The notes below the pieces were generated by a model. It was not told the DNA's origin. It saw only the letters and a list, made by a program, of their open reading frames with translations, and did no database searches. A program made the position numbers and the translations under genes. DNA of 64,000 nucleotides from the IMG/VR virus record IMGVR_UViG_3300024259_001450, positions 60,076-124,075 of that record; one strand, 5' to 3'. Shown one piece after another: positions 55,284-63,599 of this stretch. Within the stretch, counting starts at the first letter, position 1. The number at the start of each line of letters is the position of its first letter. Origin of the DNA: a virus. Lineage: Duplodnaviria; Heunggongvirae; Uroviricota; Caudoviricetes.

Positions 55284-55463
55284 ATGGAATTTTATTATAT
55301 TATCGATTCTAGAAAAGGACATCCTGCTATACATTGCCATCCGCCATTAGAAATTGAAGACGAGTTGAACAAAATGACCGATGAGGATTTGGATGATATT
55401 ACAATTATTAAAGGTGTAGAAATTGAAGCTATACGTAAAATTACACTTAAAGAAGTCGAATAA
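55284..55463 (+). CDS. hypothetical protein
   Basis: AGGAG SD before ATG 55284 (tracked ORF from 55239). Confidence 0.55.
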   Translation: MEFYYIIDSRKGHPAIHCHPPLEIEDELNKMTDEDLDDITIIKGVEIEAIRKITLKEVE

Positions 55464-55479
55464 TTAAAAGGAGAACCCC

Positions 55480-55848
55480 ATGAGAGAAGATGTAGAACAA
55501 TTTGTCGCAAAAATCTGTCGTGAATGGAAAGATACAGACCAAGATAAAGTCGGTGGTTACGGCGTTGCATGTATGCAAGCATACATTAACGGTGTTAAGC
55601 CTACTGTGCCTGATTTGGCTAAGTTTCTTGAAGTCAAAGAAGATGAAATACGATTGCCTTTCCAACGTTTGCTTCAAAGCGGCATGTTTTCAAAAGCCTT
55701 TAATGCTCGTGGGGATAAGGCTTTAAATCTCAAACTGAAAAATAAAGAGAACGATTCGAGCAAGATTTTGTGTGCATGGGGGTACGTCGCTGGAATCGCC
55801 GCTAACTTGGTAGTTAGAAATTACAGTAATACAGATATAAAATCATAG
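55480..55848 (+). CDS. hypothetical protein (possible winged-helix)
   Basis: 122-aa ORF with AGGAG SD; DLAKFLEVKEDEIR helix-turn-helix-like segment. Confidence 0.55.
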   Translation: MREDVEQFVAKICREWKDTDQDKVGGYGVACMQAYINGVKPTVPDLAKFLEVKEDEIRLPFQRLLQSGMFSKAFNARGDKALNLKLKNKENDSSKILCAWGYVAGIAANLVVRNYSNTDIKS

Positions 55849-55859
55849 AAAGATTAGGT

Positions 55860-56093
55860 ATGAAAAAAATATCCGAAGACGAAAAAAAAGAAATCAAGTT
55901 TTGGATTGAAAATTCAAATGGAACTAATCAATTTGTGGCAAGATGTTTGGTCGTGGACGCTTTTTTAAAGCTAAATCAAGAGTCACCTGATGTAAAAGGT
56001 TGCATGGCGAGATTGGCACAGGTGCTTCCAATCGGAGGCAGTCAGTTTATCAGCCATCCTTCTTTCATGCAGGAATGGGGGATAGAAGAATAA
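55860..56093 (+). CDS. hypothetical protein
   Basis: 77-aa ORF in the run of short orphans. Confidence 0.5.
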   Translation: MKKISEDEKKEIKFWIENSNGTNQFVARCLVVDAFLKLNQESPDVKGCMARLAQVLPIGGSQFISHPSFMQEWGIEE

Positions 56094-56180
56094 ATGGCTA
56101 AATATCTAGCAATATTCGAGAAGGTTTTTATGCTTTGATATAGAATATCTATGATATGTATAATTATGGAGACTCTATAT

Positions 56181-57011
56181 ATGATCAAAGAAGATACAAA
56201 GAATAAAAAAATAAGAGATTTAATAACAAGAATTTGTGACGAATGTGGTAGCGAGGAAAAGAAAACATTGGGAGAGACAATTTATTCTCGAAGTTATAAA
56301 AAGTATAAAAAACATCTTTGTAAAAAATGTGCTTATATTTATAGGGTTGATAATCAAAAAAAAGGAAAAGAATCGCCATTTTGGACTGGTGGATTATCTT
56401 ATAACGGTAACGGGTATTTAAGAATAAATTTATCTGGAGAATATTTGCACAAAAAGATATATAGTGATTATATCGGAAGAAAATTGACCAGGAGAGAACA
56501 ATTACATCATATAGATATGATAAAAGACAATAATAATATTGATAATTTATTCTTATGTAAAAATAAATCTAAACATCATATTATTCACAGAAGTATGGAA
56601 AAATTAGGGTTTACCTTATTGTACAAATATATATGGTTTAATAAGGAAAAAAGAATATATCAAACAAAATATTATAATTGTAAAAATGAAAGCAATGAAA
56701 ATATTATAATTGAACCTCCAACATGTCAATGTCTATGGCGTAATGATAAATGTTATGATTATATTTATGTTGGGTATAAAAAACACCAGTTATATCATAG
56801 ATTTGTATATGAAAAAATTAATAATATAAAATTAAAATCACATGAACATATACATCATATAGATGGTCATAGTTTAAATAATAAAATAAGTAATTTAATC
56901 AAATTGGATAGATCAGAGCATACAACGGCTCATACGTCTTTGCAAAAATGCGTAGCTGAATTATATAAAAAGAAGAAAATATTTTTTACAAACGGAGAAT
57001 ATTACAAATGA
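56181..57011 (+). CDS. double-HNH homing endonuclease with N-terminal CxxC...CxxC
   Basis: RICDECG...LCKKC; QLHHIDMIKDNNNIDNL and HIHHIDGHSLNNKISNL; TATAAT at 56159-56164 and GGAG SD before ATG 56181 (tracked ORF from 56151). Confidence 0.85.
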   Translation: MIKEDTKNKKIRDLITRICDECGSEEKKTLGETIYSRSYKKYKKHLCKKCAYIYRVDNQKKGKESPFWTGGLSYNGNGYLRINLSGEYLHKKIYSDYIGRKLTRREQLHHIDMIKDNNNIDNLFLCKNKSKHHIIHRSMEKLGFTLLYKYIWFNKEKRIYQTKYYNCKNESNENIIIEPPTCQCLWRNDKCYDYIYVGYKKHQLYHRFVYEKINNIKLKSHEHIHHIDGHSLNNKISNLIKLDRSEHTTAHTSLQKCVAELYKKKKIFFTNGEYYK

Positions 57012-58435
57012 AAACATTAGTTATAGTAGAAAGTCCTAAAAAAGTAAAAAGTGTAAAGAACATACTCGGTTCCGGTTATAACGTAATGGCATCGTATGGT
57101 CATATCTATGATTTGCCGCCCAAAAAGTTTAGTATCGATATCAAGAAAGATTTTAAACCGACTTATGCTATCATGGAAGGTAAATCTGAAGTCGCTAAAG
57201 CAATTAATTTAGAAGCAAAAAAATCAAATATGGTTATTTTAATGTCTGATTTGGATAGGGAGGGTTGCGGAATCGCCAGTAATATATGTAATCACCTGCC
57301 TAAAGGTACTAAGGTTAAAAGGGCCACCACTAATGCAATAACATTTAAAGCGGTTAAAAAAGCTATCCAAAATGCATATGATATAAGCGAAGAAAATGAT
57401 ATGGTGAATGCTTATGAGGCCAGGAGAATTCTAGATAGGCTTGTGGGATATAAATGTTCTTATATTACTCAGCAAGCTACTGGTGGAAGGTCTGCTGGTC
57501 GATGCCAGAGTGCTGCGTTGCGTATCATCGCAGATAGGGAAAATGAGATTAAAGCATTTGTTCCTGTCGTCTATTGGCCTATCATGGCAGAGTTGTTAAC
57601 TCAAAGTAAGCCTAAAGAGAAGATTATGGCTGATATTAAAAAGCCAAAGCCTCTTGACATTTCGACACAAGCAGAAGCTGACAAAATCATTGCGGTATTA
57701 AGAAACGGTCCAATTAAAGTTTCTAAATATGAACAGAAGAATGTGTCTCAAAACCCTTATGCTCCATTCCAGACATCTACACTGTATCAGTGTGCTGCGA
57801 GTGTGGGCATTAATATGTCTAGAACGAAATCTGCTGCTCAGTCTTTGTATAATCAAGGATTGATCACTTATATGAGAACTGATTCTGTTTATATCGTTCC
57901 AGAAGAAGTAACCAAGATCAGAGATCATATCAAAACGAATTACGATTCAAAATATCACACAGCGACTGCTAATTTCTATAAGAATAAAACAGCAAATGCT
58001 CAAGAGGCTCACGAGGCGATTAGACCTACGAATATCAAATTGGTTTCATATATGAGCGGTACAACTGATGAGAGAAAAGTATATGAAATGATTTGGAGAA
58101 GGACTGTTGCTTCCCAAATGGCTCAAGCCAAGATGCTTAGATCATCTGCTGAGTTCTCGTGTGATAAATACTTATTGGGTGCCAGTGGAAGCAAGGAACT
58201 GTTTGACGGTTTTCGTAAGATATGGACATATTCATCTACACAAGAAAAGTATCTTCCAATTTTAACGGTTGGAGAAGAAGTAGACGCAATCGATATCACA
58301 ACGGAGAGAAAAGAGACTCAACCTCCAAAACGATATTCTGAGTCTTCTCTAATTGAGGTTCTAAAAAAGAAGGCATTGGGCGACCAAGTACCTATGAATC
58401 AATTGTGCGTACTATTGAAAACAGAAAGTATGTAG
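57008..58435 (+). CDS. topA: DNA topoisomerase I (type IA), N-terminal part; frameshifted at about 58363-58369
   Basis: LVIVESPKK TOPRIM, SDLDREG, ARRILDRLVG, SAGRCQS, ITYMRTDS (catalytic Tyr), AQEAHEAIRPT, QPPKRY. Confidence 0.95.
   Translation: MKTLVIVESPKKVKSVKNILGSGYNVMASYGHIYDLPPKKFSIDIKKDFKPTYAIMEGKSEVAKAINLEAKKSNMVILMSDLDREGCGIASNICNHLPKGTKVKRATTNAITFKAVKKAIQNAYDISEENDMVNAYEARRILDRLVGYKCSYITQQATGGRSAGRCQSAALRIIADRENEIKAFVPVVYWPIMAELLTQSKPKEKIMADIKKPKPLDISTQAEADKIIAVLRNGPIKVSKYEQKNVSQNPYAPFQTSTLYQCAASVGINMSRTKSAAQSLYNQGLITYMRTDSVYIVPEEVTKIRDHIKTNYDSKYHTATANFYKNKTANAQEAHEAIRPTNIKLVSYMSGTTDERKVYEMIWRRTVASQMAQAKMLRSSAEFSCDKYLLGASGSKELFDGFRKIWTYSSTQEKYLPILTVGEEVDAIDITTERKETQPPKRYSESSLIEVLKKKALGDQVPMNQLCVLLKTESM
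58363..58387 (+). other. candidate -1 frameshift signal (A_AAA_AAG plus a small GNRA hairpin), or a homopolymer indel
   Basis: In-frame CTA AAA AAG; TTGG-GCGA-CCAA hairpin at 58376-58387, 6 nt downstream. Confidence 0.35.
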
Positions 58436-59019
58436 AGAAACAGAAGAAGGCGTATCATGCTACGGCATTAGGACTTAAGGTGTCTGATTTCTTGGTGAAG
58501 TCTGATTTTTGTTTTATTGATTTGAAATTCACTGCTGGTGTCGAAACTAAGCTAGATGAAATATCAAATAAAAAGAATGACAAGTTAACTGTCCTTAGCG
58601 ATTTCTGGCGTAGACTCAAGAAAGACCTAGAAAATGCTAAGACGGTGAAAGATAATTTGTCTAAAACTAAGTTCGAATGCCCGTTGTGTAAAAAGGCTGG
58701 TAAAAAGGCATTCTTGATGCAGAAGCATTCTCAGTATGGAGCATTCTTCTCTTGCGAGAATTATAGCAAGGAAGACACCGGATGTAAGTATACGGCACAA
58801 GTAAACGATGACGGTACTCCTAAAGAGAAAGTAAAAAAACCGCCACCAAAGAAGAGTAAATTCAAATGCCCCAATTGTGGAAAAGTTATGTTTGTCAGAA
58901 CAGGTCCATATGGAGAATTTTTGGGATGCAGCGGATTCCCCTCTTGCCGTGGGTTGAGAGATATATCTGGCAATATTAAAAAGAAAAAAAAGAAATATAA
59001 AAAATACAAAAATAAATAA
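58372..59019 (+). CDS. topA: DNA topoisomerase I C-terminal part (-1 frame) with zinc-ribbon repeats
   Basis: -1 frame reads GIGRPSTYESI...TAGVETKLDEI, then CPLC...FFSCENY and CPNCG...GPYGEFLGCSGFPSC; tracked ORF 58405-59019. Confidence 0.9.
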   Translation, partial: GIGRPSTYESIVRTIENRKYVEKQKKAYHATALGLKVSDFLVKSDFCFIDLKFTAGVETKLDEISNKKNDKLTVLSDFWRRLKKDLENAKTVKDNLSKTKFECPLCKKAGKKAFLMQKHSQYGAFFSCENYSKEDTGCKYTAQVNDDGTPKEKVKKPPPKKSKFKCPNCGKVMFVRTGPYGEFLGCSGFPSCRGLRDISGNIKKKKKKYKKYKNK

Positions 59020-59075
59020 AGGTTATAGTTTTTCATTTTGGTATATATTAAATATTAAACACAATGGAGAACAAC

Positions 59076-59978
59076 ATGATAAAAGGAGATATTTTCAAAG
59101 AAAGAGTCAAAGAGACATATGCTATGACTAAGGATGGTAAAGTTTCTAAAAAATACGTAATTAGAATTTGTGACGAATGCGGCAAGGAGGAAAAACGTTT
59201 ATTTGCCACGTTAAGAAATGGAAGAAAAGTTCGACGAGGGAATATAGATTTATGCAAAAACTGTGCTAATAGCGGAAAATATAGAAAACTTCCAAAAGGG
59301 ATAAATCATGGACACTATAAGCATGGTTTGACCAACAACGGGTATAAAAGGATAACGTCCCCAGACGGAAAAAGAATGTTAGAACATAAATTTTTAATGG
59401 AACAAAAAATTGGAAGGCCATTAGAAACAAATGAAACAATCCATCATATAGATATGGACAAAATCAATAATAATATTTCTAATTTATATTTATTTAACGA
59501 CAAAAAAGAACATAATATTTGTCATAGTCAAATGGAAAAGATGGGTTATGAGTTGTTGGGTAAATACATTTGGTTTGACCATAAAATAAACGAATATGCT
59601 CTTAAATATAAACGTAGATTTTATCGCAATCCTATAAAGCACAATCATAAAATATATAATAAAAAAGACCCAAGAACAGGATATAGATATGAAGCATGCA
59701 ATTTAAAAATATCCAATAATAATTGGTCATGGAAGAGATCACATGTTTTATTAATGGAAAAATTTATTGGAAGAAAAATATACAGAAATGAATGTATCCA
59801 TCATATAGATGGAAATTCTCTGAACAATGATATAAACAATTTATATTTAATGACCAACAGCGACCATGGTTGTGCAACACGTACTTTGCAAAAATGTATA
59901 GCTCAATTGTGTATCAAAGGAATAATATCTTTTCAAAATGGTAAGTATTATATTGATAAGAAATGGAAAAAGAAATAA
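59076..59978 (+). CDS. double-HNH homing endonuclease, paralog of 56181-57011
   Basis: RICDECG...LCKNC; TIHHIDMDKINNNISNL and CIHHIDGNSLNNDINNL; GGAG SD before ATG 59076. Confidence 0.85.
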   Translation: MIKGDIFKERVKETYAMTKDGKVSKKYVIRICDECGKEEKRLFATLRNGRKVRRGNIDLCKNCANSGKYRKLPKGINHGHYKHGLTNNGYKRITSPDGKRMLEHKFLMEQKIGRPLETNETIHHIDMDKINNNISNLYLFNDKKEHNICHSQMEKMGYELLGKYIWFDHKINEYALKYKRRFYRNPIKHNHKIYNKKDPRTGYRYEACNLKISNNNWSWKRSHVLLMEKFIGRKIYRNECIHHIDGNSLNNDINNLYLMTNSDHGCATRTLQKCIAQLCIKGIISFQNGKYYIDKKWKKK

Positions 59979-59993
59979 GTAAGAGAGGTAATT

Positions 59994-60578
59994 ATGGCTA
60001 AACAAAAAACGAAAGAGGAAACAGGTGTTTTGCATAAAGCATTAACATATTTGGCTGGCCCTATTGATGACGCACATGATGACGGTATCGGATGGCGACA
60101 GTCCCTTGTAAAAGGATTGAAAAAACGCAATATCAATTTGACTGTTCTTGATCCTACACATAAATTGGGTCATTTTGCCCCAGAAGAAGTGGGAGCAGAA
60201 AAACAGGCACATTTGCTGTTGAAAAAAGAACATAGATGGAATGATCTATCTAATCTCATGAAAAAAATAGTAAGAATTGATTTGAGAGAAATAGATTTTA
60301 TCGATTTTCTGATTGCCAAAATAGATACTAGCATACATATGTGTGGCACTTATTCAGAAATACAAATCGCTGATTTGCAACATAAACCTATTATGTTAAT
60401 TATCGAAGGCGGTAAAGAAAAAGCCCCATCGTGGTTATTCGGTATCGTAGACCATAATCTAATGTTTGATAGCGAAGATGAGTGCTTAGATTATATTGAC
60501 GCGATTAATAAAGGCATTATACCGCTCGATAGCAAATGGGTTCTTATTAGACAGGAATTCAAAGGTATTCTAGATTAA
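59994..60578 (+). CDS. nucleoside 2-deoxyribosyltransferase-like protein
   Basis: TYLAGPID, WRQ, LDPT, RIDLR.ID..DFLI, CGTYSEI, KPI. Confidence 0.75.
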   Translation: MAKQKTKEETGVLHKALTYLAGPIDDAHDDGIGWRQSLVKGLKKRNINLTVLDPTHKLGHFAPEEVGAEKQAHLLLKKEHRWNDLSNLMKKIVRIDLREIDFIDFLIAKIDTSIHMCGTYSEIQIADLQHKPIMLIIEGGKEKAPSWLFGIVDHNLMFDSEDECLDYIDAINKGIIPLDSKWVLIRQEFKGILD

Positions 60579-60599
60579 TGGGTTTTACATTTCTCAGTT

Positions 60600-60640
60600 G
60601 GTGATGAAAACTAACATTACACTATTCTAGGTGAAGAAAA
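60600..60640 (+). repeat. 11-bp direct repeat GGTGA(T/A)GAAAA, 30 nt apart, in an intergenic gap
   Basis: GGTGATGAAAA at 60600-60610 and GGTGAAGAAAA at 60630-60640, inside the 92-nt spacer 60579-60670. Confidence 0.5.
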
Positions 60641-60670
60641 ATACCGAAATTAAGAGTTAAGGAGATCGAT

Positions 60671-61102
60671 ATGGCTCAAGTTAAACCTACATATGAAGAA
60701 GTTACAGAATTCTCAGATACAGCAGAGAAATTAGTGCAGAAATATCCAGACATGTATAGTCATATTGATGTTAACATTATCAAATGTTTAGCAATCAATA
60801 ACAAAGAGCGACCTGACAGTAGAAAGCTTTGGGAAATCAGAGCGTTGCCAGAGTACGCTCTGCCAGATTGCCCTTATGCGTACTACGTCATTATATATTT
60901 GGTAGATTGGTCTGAAATGCCAGAAAAGATTCGCAATAGGCTTATCGCTACTATTTTGTATGCGATACCTGATGAAGAAGGCAAAGTAAGACCGTTCGAC
61001 TTTAAGAGTTTTGGTCCCATGATTAGAACTCTAGGCGTAGATTATCTTGAGGACGAGGAAGGCCCAGACCCACTCGCTGACGATGTGGAATGGGCGCTAT
61101 AA
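60671..61102 (+). CDS. phage metallopeptidase-like protein lacking HExxH
   Basis: Overall pattern (AEKLV.KY..Y.HI...I, YYVIIY..DW.EM...R.RLI, FD...F) recalls putative phage metallopeptidases, but the HExxH position reads ATILYAI; AGGAG SD. Confidence 0.45.
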   Translation: MAQVKPTYEEVTEFSDTAEKLVQKYPDMYSHIDVNIIKCLAINNKERPDSRKLWEIRALPEYALPDCPYAYYVIIYLVDWSEMPEKIRNRLIATILYAIPDEEGKVRPFDFKSFGPMIRTLGVDYLEDEEGPDPLADDVEWAL

Positions 61103-61115
61103 ACAGGAGTGTAAA

Positions 61116-61568
61116 ATGAAATTTCAATTAATTGAAAAAAATGAGTATAACGAGACATCTATTATATCGACTACAACAGAAATAGAAAGCATTGTAAAAT
61201 TGGCTCGTGAAAAAGTCACAGAAGACAATATGGCAAATGCTTTTACTATGGATGAGAAGCTAAATGATTGGGAAACTTTCTACGTTGAAGTTCTTGACGA
61301 AGATGGCAACCCAACCAATGAGGCTGTATATGGTGGTATGGAAAGACAGAAGCATTTCCTATATTACTTCACCGATGATGGTGTCAAGAAGGTATTTCTT
61401 GATGAAGTTACAGCCCCTATGCGTTTCTATGTTGGAACTGACAACGGTGAAGATTTCTTCGCCAGTGTTCCTTCCAAGAAGCGTGTTGGACAATATGATA
61501 CTGTAGATAGCCTTGGAAGCGAAGCATTGCAAACCAAGGGTGTCTATTACGTTAAAGTTCTCAAGTAA
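61116..61568 (+). CDS. hypothetical acidic protein
   Basis: AGGAG SD before ATG 61116 (tracked ORF from 61047). Confidence 0.6.
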   Translation: MKFQLIEKNEYNETSIISTTTEIESIVKLAREKVTEDNMANAFTMDEKLNDWETFYVEVLDEDGNPTNEAVYGGMERQKHFLYYFTDDGVKKVFLDEVTAPMRFYVGTDNGEDFFASVPSKKRVGQYDTVDSLGSEALQTKGVYYVKVLK

Positions 61569-61602
61569 TACATATCGAGGTTAACATAGTGGGAGATGAA
61601 AT

Positions 61603-62007
61603 ATGGCTGATAATGATCCGTATGCAGAGAGGAATCTAAAAGATTCGGGGGAACGTCAAGAGTTTTCTACAGGAGCAGTGAGAGATACACAAGGCGGTAA
61701 AGGGCGATATGATTTATTGCCCGCATCTGCTATTTTCGCTATTGCCAGAGTTTTCGAAGAAGGGGCTATCAAATACAAAGCCCGAAATTTCGAAAAAGGC
61801 ATCCCTTTAAGTCGTTTTATTGATAGCGGGCTTAGACATATCTTTAAGCATTTAGAAGGTTATAGAGATGAACCACACATGGCTCAAGCTGCGTGGAACA
61901 TATTGGCTTATATTCATACCGCTACTATGATCGAGAGGGGTCTTCTTCCGGAAGAATTAAATGATTTGCCAAACCATCTTAATGAAGGAAAAGCATCTGT
62001 TTTGTAG
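61603..62007 (+). CDS. dATP/dGTP diphosphohydrolase domain protein (DUF5664)
   Basis: FSTGAVRD...KGRYDLLP, VFEEGAIKY..RNFEKG, SGLRH, HMAQAAWN. Confidence 0.85.
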   Translation: MADNDPYAERNLKDSGERQEFSTGAVRDTQGGKGRYDLLPASAIFAIARVFEEGAIKYKARNFEKGIPLSRFIDSGLRHIFKHLEGYRDEPHMAQAAWNILAYIHTATMIERGLLPEELNDLPNHLNEGKASVL

Positions 62008-62030
62008 AGCGTCTAAGAAAGGGAAATAAA

Positions 62031-62468
62031 ATGGGATGGTGTGGACATGGACTTTACGCTGGTGATGGAACGCAGAGTTGCCATTGCGATTTTTTAGAAC
62101 AGATGGGAATTTCTGATGATTATGATGAGGTATTCGAGTGGATGAGCATGAGCAGAACAACGGTGCCAAAAGATAGAAGGCATCTACTGAGAAAAAATTA
62201 TAAGCTTGCCGTAGACAAAATGCCTAAAATGAAATTTTGCTTCGGTAAACGAGTTAATGAAGATGATATGCTGGAATGGCAAATGCTTTTATCTTTATTC
62301 GTAGATAACCTGGTAAAACCACCAAAGATAATTGCAGATAATGGAATTAAAGCCACACAATATTTATTGGGCGATCACGCTTCAGATTTTGATAATCCTG
62401 GTGCTAGACGAAGTTCTCTGAAGGCTTTTTTAAAAAGAGTAGAAAAAACGATTAATAAGAAGAAATAA
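62031..62468 (+). CDS. hypothetical protein (MGxWG...GD N-terminus)
   Basis: 145-aa ORF; N-terminus MGWCGHGLYAGD weakly recalls DUF4259-like proteins. Confidence 0.55.
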   Translation: MGWCGHGLYAGDGTQSCHCDFLEQMGISDDYDEVFEWMSMSRTTVPKDRRHLLRKNYKLAVDKMPKMKFCFGKRVNEDDMLEWQMLLSLFVDNLVKPPKIIADNGIKATQYLLGDHASDFDNPGARRSSLKAFLKRVEKTINKKK

Positions 62469-62479
62469 ATGGAGTAATA

Positions 62480-63589
62480 ATGCAATCTAAAGTTCCCCTT
62501 TCGATTAAGTATCGTCCCAAAAAATTGTCTGATATCGTTGGTCAAGATGTAGTTGTACGCATCTTGATCAATTCGTTTAAAGAGAAAAACTGGCATAGAG
62601 CCTACATTCTCGAAGGATTATTCGGTTGCGGAAAAACCTCAATTGCTAGAATCATGGCAGCAATGGAGAACTGTGTTAACGCCCCGACTACAGAACCATG
62701 TGGAGAGTGTGAACCATGTAAGGCTATCTTCGAAGGTAAATTTATTGACGTAAAAGAGTTAGATGCCGCATCAAATGGTGGTGTCGACAATATACGTTCT
62801 TTACACGATGAAATAGGTTTCTGTCCTATCCATGGCAAGATCAAATACATTATCATTGACGAGGCTCATGGGTTGACCGGCTATGCTGCGGATGCTGCAT
62901 TGAAAATGATTGAAGAGCCACCAGATCATGCAAGATTTCTTCTTTGCACTACAGAGCCTGAATCATTCAAATCTACAATTCCTAGTAGATGCATCACATT
63001 GAATTTCAGAAAAATAAAATGGGACATACTATATCAGCATCTGATCAATATAGCGAATCAAGAAAAGATGGATTATGAGGAAGGGGCAATTAAAGTCGCT
63101 GCTCAATTCGCAGACGGAAGTTGTAGAAATGCATTACAGAACTTGCAGACTATTCTAAGTTATGCTGGTACAGAAAAAATCACTACAGAAATGGCTCGTG
63201 ATGCTTTAGGGGCGATTGATAATACATTGTACTATCAGTTTGTGCATAACATTCTGTCAGTTAACGCACCAGAAGTTATGAAGGGTGCAAATCAATTGCT
63301 TGTGCAAGGTTCCAACGCTGGCAAGGTGATACAAGGGCTAACTAACTATTTGAGAAATTTACAGTTGTATCTTGTGGGCGGGGAAGAGTCGGTGAGTGGA
63401 TGGCTGACTGACGAAGAGTTAAAGAAAATGCAAAGTCATGCACAAAAGGCTAAACCTACATTGATATACAATTTTCTTAAATTGATAGTAGAAATGAGAA
63501 AAGGTTTGGAAGTCAATATAAGTGCCCAAGCGTTGTTGGAAAGTTTCTCTGTGGGTGCAATGATGGAAGTAGTTAAAAGTAAGAAATAA
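62480..63589 (+). CDS. dnaX: DNA polymerase III subunit gamma/tau (clamp loader), gamma-length
   Basis: KYRPKKLSDIVGQD, Walker A GLFGCGKT, PCGECEPC zinc module, ELDAASNGGVD, IIDEAH, LKMIEEPP, SRC sensor. Confidence 0.92.
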   Translation: MQSKVPLSIKYRPKKLSDIVGQDVVVRILINSFKEKNWHRAYILEGLFGCGKTSIARIMAAMENCVNAPTTEPCGECEPCKAIFEGKFIDVKELDAASNGGVDNIRSLHDEIGFCPIHGKIKYIIIDEAHGLTGYAADAALKMIEEPPDHARFLLCTTEPESFKSTIPSRCITLNFRKIKWDILYQHLINIANQEKMDYEEGAIKVAAQFADGSCRNALQNLQTILSYAGTEKITTEMARDALGAIDNTLYYQFVHNILSVNAPEVMKGANQLLVQGSNAGKVIQGLTNYLRNLQLYLVGGEESVSGWLTDEELKKMQSHAQKAKPTLIYNFLKLIVEMRKGLEVNISAQALLESFSVGAMMEVVKSKK

Positions 63590-63599
63590 GGGAGAAATC

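Noticed and set aside
60595-60645. Hammerhead ribozyme (UGAUGA...GAAA-like text)
   Set aside because: The core lacks the CUGAUGA-stem II-GAAA arrangement; only a short hairpin and direct repeat are supportable.
61603-62007. Z-genome (2-aminoadenine) system
   Set aside because: DUF5664 alone is not diagnostic, and no purZ, datZ or dedicated polymerase is in this window.
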